A stretch of DNA of 64,000 bases from Lepidodermella squamata. Its lineage: Eukaryota; Animalia; Gastrotricha. Below, piece by piece: positions 10,396-20,900 of the stretch (the stretch's first letter is position 1; each line of letters begins with the position of its first letter). Position numbers and translations under genes: made by a program. The DNA is taken from NCBI GenBank assembly GCA_047495785.1, contig JBLDXI010000055.1:620001-684000 (forward strand), read 5' to 3'. The notes under the pieces were generated by a model that saw only the letters and a program-made list of their open reading frames with translations, was not told the DNA's origin and searched no databases.

Positions 10396-13071
10396 TTACC
10401 GCGTGCTGCGGCGGTTCGCGCCTTTCCATAGGCTATAGAAGGGGACACGAGTGAGCCTGAAACGACGACTATGCGGAATAGGGTGTTCGAAATCAGTTTC
10501 ATCACGCTCTTCAGCCGATTCTAACATCATACGTTTACCGACCCCGGCCGCTTGCTGCGAAACGGCAATTTCTAAATAATGAGAATAAAGTTCAAATTCA
10601 AGTTTGCGCATTAATGCTTTCATCTTTTACCGCATTTGATGACAGGCGGACATGGTTCAACTTTGGTAAATTCTTTATCCGTGTAGCACCAATTCGATTG
10701 AATGCCTCGCTGGGCGATTGGGTTCCTGCAGGCATTGCCGGCCTGCGATAAGCTGGTATCGGGTAACATCACAAAAGGAATAGGCTTAGGGCTATTTGCC
10801 CAAGCCATGCAGTCAGAACCCGACTCGGCCTTAGTCAAACCTAATCCTTGATAATCGAACCCGGTTGCTGTAAACTGGCACTCTATGGGGTAATTAATTA
10901 AGCGGTAAAAAATGTAAAAAAAAATTAATATAGGTACCTTGCGTAACTTTGGAAGCTGGGACGTTGTTGCATGAGGCAAATATATTCAGGTCAAAGCCTC
11001 GCGTCAACTGCGACGGCTTTTTGAACATTTTAGGGGCGCTGTGAAAATAAACCAGCGCCTCATTACCATCAGTTACGGCAATGCGGCCGGCTGATTTTGC
11101 GCATTTGCAAAATCGATTTCCTGCCTTGTCCAAGCCAGACATATTCGTGCGAATTTCGAAATAATCGATACAAGCATCGGAATCTGTGCACGGCAGTAAA
11201 GGCGCTCGATTTTGGCCGAAAATCAGACCTGATCCGGTTGTCTGGCGTAAAATATTAGGTTTTCATAAGGGAAATTAAATTCAAATAAATGCCTACCTTA
11301 ATATGCCATGAGCAGTCGATATCAGGTTGGTAAGGTTCGGGAAATGACGGCAGGCGAAGGGTAACCGTGGAGCATGGGGCGACCTCAACAACTCCGCCGC
11401 ATTTTTCATCCCCGTTCCACGACCCGGCGAGGAGTTCGCAAAAATCGCCAGAAATTCCGAACGGACAGCGGCACTTGGCGCAGTTTTTAGGGTCTTGATA
11501 ACCGCCGTTCATGCACGGCTTTTCTAGTTTGATACTAGGGCAGTTTTTCGCGATGCAGTCGTAGTGAATATTGATGCGCTTTGCGTCGTCGAAAGACAGC
11601 CGAGTCACCTCGCCGATAGTCGACATTTTACGTTGGTCGATCGTTTCAACAGTTCTCAATTTCCCCCTAGATCAAATCGACCATGAACCAGATGATGGTA
11701 TGAATGAAATTCAACTAACCAATAGTCCTTGCTGAAAGCCTGAAAATGGATATAGGTAATTTGTTATAATTATTCGAGCCAGAAATAACTCACCAGTGAA
11801 TCGTAATGCATTATCGAGCCGTAATCGTAGCCGGTTCCGTAATCGGTAAAAATTTGCCTCGGGAGGGTGATGTTGAACTCGACTTGCTGAGGAGTCCTAA
11901 AATTTAAGTATTAGGATTTCGCGAAATCGAAGAAATTAGCTTAAATACTTTGGATTGGTGTTTTCCCAAATCAATCGAACGCTGATAAAAGGTAACAAGA
12001 GGAACGATGAAGCCATAGATTTTGAATATTCAACCTACTAGGTATCTCGATCTGGTCGTGCTTGCTCTGGCAACAAATTTGTCCAAATAAAAGCAAATTA
12101 AGGAGTGTATGACAGTGTTTACCGTGAAACCTATAAAGAAATATTTAAAAAATGACCGAATAGTCTCAATCAGATCTACTTACATTCCGAGCAAATGGCC
12201 TAATTCATGAGCCGCGATGCCAACCTAAATCAAACCAATGTTAAAGTTGTAGGCCTAAAAAGCCCCAAATTTCAGCTTGCCTCCATGCAGTTAGATCCAA
12301 GGGAAACGTTTTGCCTTGTTTTAGTGGTTAGCGGTAGGCGGCCGATTCTTGTGCTGCACCTGCAAAAACGATGTCAGAAAGGCCGTATTTCATTACATTG
12401 TAACAAACCCTTCGCCTTTTTCGATAACAGCATGCTGAACAGCAGCGAGTTTTGGATCATCGATTGATTTCTCTTCAAAGCGAACGCAAGTATCAGCCAT
12501 CCACCAGTCCATAGCGTCTCGAACGATTTGCTGCTCAGTTGGAGCTTCAAATAAAACAAAATTCGGCATGAAATTCTACTATCAATAATCGATTAATTAA
12601 AAAATTACAATGTGATCCATCGAAAGCGTAAAAAATCGGCATCGGCCATTTTCGAGATGGATCGGTAACAATGCGCCTTGAAATTCCACGCCGATCGATG
12701 AATTCCTCGCTCATTAATGCTTCCAGCAAATCCTCGGCCTCATCAATCGTCAATGGCGAGTTGCCGCCCCAGAAAGCTTTAACGTCGTTCGATAGCGGCG
12801 TTTCTTGCTGAAATTGATTCATTTTCAAAGTATTTTCATAGAAAAAAACGCAAAACCAACAATATGGCTAGGTAATAGCCCACGTTCTCGCGCGATCAGC
12901 ACAATTAAACGCAAAATAGCAGCGTAACGACTTTCCACAGATTCATCATCGATATGATTTCCTGAAACCTGGAGGATACATCAGTCAAACAATAGCTTGA
13001 AAAAACTGAAAAAACTTCACCTCTACAAACAGCACGAGGCTCAACAGTAACGCAACAAATAATCTTGCCAT
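10396..13071 (-). CDS. Astacin metalloprotease C: signal-prodomain-astacin-EGF-CUB-kringle-basic tail, highly fragmented exons
   Basis: Signal MARLFVALLLSLVLFVEVSG; prodomain LTIDEAEDLL; zinc motif HELGHLLG-MFH-EQARPDRD assembled from exons 12224-12184, 12130-12123 and 12066-12039; YDYGSIMHY; [23 protein letters not shown]; CUB; kringle CRNPIAQRGIQSNWCYTD. Confidence 0.88.
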
Positions 13072-14180
13072 CGATTAACCCAAAGCATACACTATGGAAG
13101 GTGTACGTTTTCTTTTCTATTTCAATTTTAGCGCGATTGCGCAATTACACGTCGCCGTCGCAAGACGGGTGGGACACCTTATCAGGATATCATCAATGGC
13201 CTGCAAATTCGCTTGTCTCTTTGTTTCAATCATTCAACGCTTTTGTGAATTAGATACCTATCGTTTTCATCGATTTAGCAACTGATATTTTTGATAACTA
13301 TCAGTAATAACGCATTGTACTGCAGCGCCATTGACGTCAATCAAATATGAGCCCGTTCTCATGGACGCATAATATCTGCAATTTCTTGTTTTGTTACTGG
13401 CATTTTCCTGCAGTGATAACAAATATCGTGAATAATTCATTGCACTGGCAATTTTTGCTCGATTTTTAAAGCTCTTTAAACGCTAATGCTCTATAAAATT
13501 AACGATGATAACGTGTGGGTTTTGCCTAGGCACGCCTGCATTTTGATAGAAAAAAGACAGGTTGCATCGATTCGTTGTTTTCGGTGTTTTCCTGAGCCGT
13601 TTCATCGGATATTAAATTATACTGGAAGGTTGCCAAACAATCGCTAGTAACTACGGAATGCAATGAAAGAGTGTTATCGAGACGACTTTGATTGAAGTTA
13701 TTCCTGTAATAAATAGAGAGGACTTGAGAATAATGCTTCGCTTTCAGTAAATTGCGCTATAAAAAGAGTTAAGCGAATGAGTGGTCTTTAAAAGGAAATT
13801 CCTGAGAATACATTTAGCCGCAATTTCATTCAGCACGAATGGCCATTCTAACCCTCTCTAATTTAAAAACGGCACCTGTTAGCCGAAAATAGGACAGCCA
13901 AGTGGCTCTGTTTGACCCAAAAGAAAACCCGCAGGAAAATAATTTCCATTTTTTTTAATGAAATTTTTCCACCGTTAAACGTCATCTGAATTCAAAGTAA
14001 AAATAAAAGAAGCGAAAAGGAAACAGATTTGAAGAGCTGATATGCTCTCATGTTACAGTATCACAGGATTCACGAAGGCACAGAACAACAATTTAAAAAG
14101 TTGATAAAAAAAAGCCACGGTAATGATACGACAAATTACGAAATCACATTGTGGGCACAATAAAATTAATACAACTGAAA

Positions 14181-14710
14181 TTACGCGGATCCATTTGTTT
14201 CAATAGCATTTGCTTGCTCAGCTGCTGAGCTTTCAACAGTTGTATCTAATAGCGCTCTCTGATATTCATCGGAGCAGTTTTTGAACGGGTTTTCTAGTTG
14301 TACGATTTGAACAGAAACAGATTTCGAACGAGGCTTGTTCATTTTCCGCAGTCCCTCGTGCATAATGTGCTCCATCTGACGGCGCCAGTACATTTCGGCC
14401 TCGACCTGCGGTGATATTTGTCCACTTCCGTTTGCTGATTGCTCAATTTCGGCGGCTCTAGCCGACATTTTCGACTCATCATAGCTCATCGTTTTTTCTA
14501 TTCCCTTTTTCGTGCCAAGCGGCTTCACGCCAGCTTTTGGTGCCACTGAGAATGCCACCTAGATTTCGATAAAAATGGTCATAAAGTTATCAAATAAATT
14601 ATAATAATCACCTTCTGTCCATCTCGCTCAAAAACGTCGTCCGGTTCGGTTATCGTTGCGAGATTAGACATTCCGAGGGAATTATTTCTCGAGAGTGCTT
14701 GCTTGCTCAT
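14181..14710 (-). CDS. Uncharacterised ~160 aa protein, two coding exons (14710 to ~14612; 14558-14181)
   Basis: MSKQALSRNNSLGMSNLATITEPDDVFERDGQK|GT ... AG|VAFSVAPKAG..EMYWRRQMEHIMHEGLRKM..; phase-0 intron in frame; no recognisable domain. Confidence 0.55.
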
Positions 14711-17387
14711 CGTCTGACAAATGAAGTTCTAATATAAGTATCTACGAATTCAGGATAAAAAAAAGTTAATTACTCTGGCTCATTCAAAATAGAGTCTTAG
14801 GCGATGCAGCTGAAAATAAGGATTGTGAATGAGATCAATCAAGCTGGTGTGTGTCACTTTTCGTCACTAGACGACGTATTATAACGATATAATACGCCGC
14901 CTTTCATGACAATGCCAGCCGCGCGGTTTTTTTTTAACGCAAAGGTAACAAAAAAACCAGGTCCCCACCCACTTATCGTCAATGGCTTCGAGTCACGTGA
15001 ATAGGATGTCGGGGAAGACTTCAACGATGAGAAACACGCGTTGAGAAACTCAGGGACAGCTATATTTATTAATAAAACGGATCTTTCTAATGAAATCGTC
15101 CTTGAAGTGCACGCTGAGCTGAGTATTGCCTGAATGGGAAAGTGCGGTTTGATTGCAAAAAAACGCAACGCTCCAGCATTGCGCTCATGCGCACATTACC
15201 GTTCTCGTTGTTACGTTTATTTTCAATTATTATTGCTATTATTACCTATCGCTCATTACGGCGCATAAAGTTATTGATTCCCAGGTGAGCAAGCCGAGCG
15301 TGACCAAAGGAAAAAATTCGTAATTAAAACTGCACATTCTACTTTATCTACGATTTTTCATCACACTCCTATATATTGCGTTATTTTCGCCACTGTTTCA
15401 TCACTACAGTTTTCAATCATTACTTGCACAACAGCATCGTTTCTTACCGGTTGGTAAAAACAGATCGAAAACATCATCACGCGATAACGGCATCATGGGA
15501 TATGCAGTTAGTGGTTTATAAAATATTAATAAGCAAGCAGAGCTCTGCCATCTGTGCGCTCCTCCATCCTCACAGCTATTCTGTGATGCAAGTCGGAAAA
15601 AAAATCGGGAATTTTCATGATATTTTTATCGCCGTGTCTGATCCATGAAAATATTTAGTGACAGAAAATTCGGACAATTCATGCCGGCAAAAAGCAAGGA
15701 AGCAGAAGTCTTATTTTTGTTCTCGGTGAGTTACTTCCCAAGAGTGCCGCTTTCTACGAATTCGCTGAGCATGAAAAATGAAGATACTTTATTCGCTGGT
15801 TGTTTACACTTCGCGGCAGTAATCTACACAATAGATCTTGCGCATTCCTGACTAAGATGTTTGCTTTCTTCCCTTGATCTAATGTCTTTCCCGTCTAACA
15901 TAGGAGGCGCAAACCTGAAAGATGCATAAGGAAAAACAATAACAATGCAGCGATGATGGCCTTAACTGGCATGAGAAAAACTCGCAAATGAAGGTGCATC
16001 AACAGCTTTTTACCATGTCACAAAGAGCAATCTTTTACGCAAGCCGTATATAAAAGAAGCAATATCCTATAAAAAGCACACGATGAGTCTACTAGGCAAC
16101 ATGGAGAAAATAAAACATATCAACACTAGGTGGCGTTAATTTTCAAATTATGGCTGGTTATTTCCCGCATTAGTGAAGAAACGGTTTTTTATCCCATTAA
16201 CACAACAACCTCCATCTCACGAATATATTTAATTAAGGCTGCGAAGGAAGCTCTGGAGATTAAAATTGAAATACCTCCGAAGCTTAAGAAAGCGCATGAT
16301 TCACATAACGTGATCTTTCGGGTTTGAAAGATCGACAAAATTTAACTGCATCCAGACAAATTGAGGTTGCTGTTGAACTTATAATTTACTCTTACTAACT
16401 TTTCAGTCGATGCTGTGACTAACAAGACAATCAAGTCATGGGAAAATGCACATGAAAACTAATAACACCAGTCATATCTGCGAACGGACAGCAATACGCA
16501 AAAACTCAAGCAGAAAGATGCAGAAGAATAAACTGGCTTTACAGAGTATGGAACACGTCTTGAAACTCAGCTTAGATTTCAGGCATCTGATCTCAACAGC
16601 TATCAACTTGCATCATGCAAGATGACTACTTTGTCGCATTTGATAATCCTACGAAAGGTGTTTGCTAATCAGATTTGATATTGCCCAGCATGCAGCGTAT
16701 AGTGTGTTGGGACGATAAATACATCAAGTCGGAGTTGAAATTATTTGAAAGTTCTGAATTTGAATATTCAGCCCCGATGGATATTTCTACATTCCGCATC
16801 AAAAATCACGGATGGGATCATCCTTGACGTAAATCATCCTCCTGAGAATAAATAAGCACTGCGCTGATTCTACTACCCAGTTTTATATTCCATTTCATTT
16901 GGCCTTACTATCGACTAACAAAGGAGAGTCACCTGCGGAATATACATTTAAATAGCTTACGTATATCTTAACGACAGGACAGTGACACCGATCACCATCG
17001 ATCATCGATCACTTTCATGGAAACAATGAAGCATATGGCATATGTTGTAGAGAATCAAGGCATTTCCGTCTATTACACATTGGGTGGCTTTGAGGGACAA
17101 GTGTACGCGCTTTGGGCGAATCCCACCTTAAAAGCTCTATCGCGGCCAAAGACTAGAAACACGTGTGCTCATGCGTGACATGAGCGCAGTGAAGTGTTTA
17201 GCCATCAGCCCAACCACATTTATCCAATACTTGGCATTTGACGTTCCATCAGCGCAAATTATTTTGTTGTTTTTTTGGCCTCCACAAAAGCAAAGTTGGG
17301 CTGTTTTCCGTCGAACGATCACATATAGCAGGAGGAAATTCGTCCTTTGTCCTTTGCTAGGGCTTATAGCGAGTCTCCTCCCATTGG

Positions 17388-17542
17388 GTTGGTAGAAGTG
17401 TCCTCTCAGACGGCTCAGAGGGCACCCCACCTCCAACCTCTAACCCTAAACCTTACCCTAACCCTAAAACTAACCATAAATCTAACCTTATTAGAGCGAT
17501 CCCTCCGATAGCGGTGCCCTCTGAGACGGCACTTCTAACAAC
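17388..17542. mobile_element. Small MITE-like foldback element with internal degenerate telomere-like (CCCTAA) repeats
   Basis: Left arm gttggtagaagtg..ctcagagggcacc (17388 to ~17426) is the near reverse complement of right arm ggtgccctctgagacggcacttctaacaac (17513-17542). Core ctaaccctaaaccttaccctaaccctaaaactaaccataaatctaacc. Confidence 0.6.
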
Positions 17543-17990
17543 GAAATTGGAAACGGCTACAGCGATTCCGCGTATAGTTGCCATTCGCGTGAACATATTG
17601 CGATTAATGCGATAAATTGGATTGGAAACTCAACTGGGCGATCGAAGCCAGCCTGTCTGCCTGCCGGCACTGAACCGATCGAAGCCAAGCCGATAAAAAA
17701 AATGCAATTTTAAAAATTTAGCGCTTGATTTTTTTGACGGGAAAATACACTTTATATTTTCTAATAATTTATTTAGCTTTTTCAAAATATTTTACAGCAA
17801 TTTATTTCAACAAGTGGCAAATTTTTCCGAAGAAAAGAGGCCGCGGATTTGTTTTGTGCAGTTCTCGGTCTACGTCAGCGACGTAACCTGTTGTGCAGGT
17901 GTTATGTTATGCAAGTGCTTCTTCTTTCGCATGGAAGGCTAGTTTGTTTGAGGATTGGTGTTGTGCGGCATTCTTTGAAATTTTCTGATA

Positions 17991-20900
17991 ATGGAACCCA
18001 AAAGCAAACTTTGCGAAGCCAATCCTCGTGAAAGAGACTCGTGGTTTCTCTCTGGGGGACTATTTGCGCATCGTTCCTGTTGCATGAATATAATCTCATA
18101 CTGCCTTGAATTCATTTTATGGTTTTCTTGACATTTTCACGCCAGCTTTCGATGGATTTATCGGCTTTTAGACTTGATCATGGATATTTCTTGCATTTCG
18201 TCTGCCCAATAGCTGCAATAGTTAGTTAGATGTTATAGCTTATTTCAGATGGGCCTAATCATAATGAAATGGCGGGAAGGTAATCAATTAAGCGATATCT
18301 TTACTTTGAAGATAAAAGGACTCTCAAGGGACTATATTGGTGAATTTTCTCGCGTCTTACTCCCTAAATGTTTTGCATTCCTGTGTAATAAGATCGCCTT
18401 GTTTCAGTATTATAGCCAAATCGAGCCGAATTTGTAACTTTTATTCACATTGATTACCCTGAGATTTCGCCGTGCTGTTTTGTTTTCCGTTTCATCTTAT
18501 CTGCTGTTATCACAAATGCTGTTTTAATAGGGTAGTTATTTGAACGACTGATTGGGAGTGCATTTTAAAGAATAAAACTGGAACCAACAGTCGAGTTTTC
18601 TCCCAACCCCAATCCTCCTGCAGGATCTGGGGAAGACAAGCGAACTCCAGAATATTTGTCTGAACTTTTGCGAGACAAAAAGCTTGTCGAACTACTGAAA
18701 CACACGCTACCATTTTGTCACGTCGAACGGCTTCTGGAAGATGGTTTGTCATAATGTTAATTCATTTTCTAATTTCCAATGCCAATTTCACAACTTTCAG
18801 AGATAACCAAAGTTCGCGAAAATCTCTTTCATCTCAACGGTGTAACTTCACAACCTCTTGATTTGCCCGCTCCGGATGGCGAGTCACAAGTGCATCAGGA
18901 AAAAGTTATGGTTCCAGTCGATCAATATCCCGAGGTAATTTTTTTGCTTTACATTGTTTTTTAAGATGACATTCTTTAATTTATTGCAGTACAACTTCGT
19001 CGGCCGAATTTTAGGCCCTCGCGGTTTGACAGCCAAGCAGCTAGAGCAAGACACAGGTTGCAAAATCATGGTCCGGGGTCGCGGATCAATGCGTGATAAG
19101 AGAAAAGTACGATATATGCATTATACTCATATCACATTGTTCTACATATATGATATTTTCCACAGGAGGAACAGATGCGTGGAAGACCCAACTGGGAACA
19201 CCTCGAAGAAAGCCTTCATGTCCTTATTCAGTGTGAGGATACGCCTAATCGCGCTAAAGTTAAGCTCCAACGCGCGCATGAACTGGTGAAACAACTTCTT
19301 ATTCCAGCGGTAAGCTTCTGAGTTCTTTTAGCATTTACAATACATACGGTGGACAATTTAGTCATAAGTCTACTAGAATCCGGGGTTTGTTATTGACGTT
19401 GTTTGTGTACGTTGTCAAGTGTATGTAATATGTGCCGGCCTATCGTATCTTAATTTTTAGTCAACTGTTTGTAATTTCCATTGTTGTTTTACAAGCCATC
19501 GCGCTAAGCGCATGGTTTCACTCAGTTAATTTTTAAGAAATATATATAAAATGTACATATACACACACAAACACCATAGGAGGAGGGAAAAGACCACTTG
19601 AAGAAAATGCAATTGGCCATTTTGGCTATTGAAAACGACAAATTCCGACCAGCCGGTGGTAAAACCAGCCCTCGAAGTGTGATGGGAACGCCATTAATCA
19701 CGAGTACAAATCAAGCGGGTCCTTCTGCGCCCTCGCCGCTTCCCTCGGGAGCAACACAACAGGCATTCTTCGGAGCTAGCAGCTCTCTTGCATCTCATCC
19801 TGCTGGAGCTTTTGTCTTTCCCTCTGGAGTTGCAGCAGCATCTACTCATTCGCTTTCTTTACCCTGTACGTGTAAAAGTTACTTGAAACTAAACACAGTT
19901 GGCTTCGCTTTTAAACACCAAACCCCAACCATTCGTTGCCCGTAAACCTCCGGCTGCTTCATACTGCCTTTCACACAAACACTGAGACAAAGTTAACACG
20001 GGTTCAGGGTTCATGTTATTCTGAATTAATTTCGTGGTGTATAGCTGGTGATGGATTTAACTCTTGTTTCAGGCTTATCAAGATAACTTCAGGAATCAGC
20101 AGTTGCGCTGGCTGTCTATTTTGAAAAACTTAGAACGTGGCCCGGTAACTGCACAGCCCGCGCCGTTGAATTGTATGCTAGTGCCTAATGTTGCTGTCGT
20201 GAACGCAGCGCCGCTTTCCATTCCTTTCTCTACGACCCCGCAAATCGGTTTTATGACTCCCACCTCGAGTGATGGCTCCCCTTGCACAGCGAACGACTCG
20301 CCGGGCTTGATGAAAGCTGGTTTTCATGATAATGTCCCAATTAAGAAGTGGTCGAATTATGGCGATTTAGTTATGCGGAATAGCGTTGAAGGTTAAATAT
20401 GGCGGAGTATCACTTGAATTTTCATTAACATCATCTAATAACTAACGCCGCACAAAATAATGTATGGTCGGACATTTTTTATTCAAGGTTAAAGGTGTTT
20501 CAATGTTATTTATATGTTAACATTATAATTTAACACTACTTCTAATTTAACATACTCACAAACGCACTTCTATGTTTTGCACTTTCTGTTTTTAACCATG
20601 CACAGCCGGAGGGCGAGGATGACCTCAAGAAAAAACAACTGATGGAGCTCGCAATTTTAAACGGAACCTATCGTGATTCGAAACCTCTTACCGTCGGTGG
20701 TTGTAACACCGCGAGCGCGACAACGATGCTAGCCAGTCCGGTTAGCGCGTTGTCGCCGCCACCAGCCGTCTCGTATCCTACCGTCCAACTGTCGTCAGCG
20801 CGTAAGTGCCGGTTTTCCCCTCGAAAAAATTGCCAGCTCCTCCCCGCCGATAACCCCCTGCACCTATAACCTCTTGTATTAGAAAATCGCAATTGTCTTA

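Noticed and set aside
12905-12950. MMNLWKVVTLLFCV* looked like a signal peptide with a premature stop (pseudogene)
   Set aside because: The true frame is VSGNHIDDESVESRY.., spliced from the exon starting at 13071; there is no disruption.
13440-13460. cactggcaatttttg resembles the U4 snRNA Sm-site region
   Set aside because: No U4 5' stem or U6-pairing sequence upstream, and no 3' hairpin.
16100-16860. Short + strand ORF fragments with splice-like sites
   Set aside because: Could not be assembled into a stop-free gene model; no recognisable domain.
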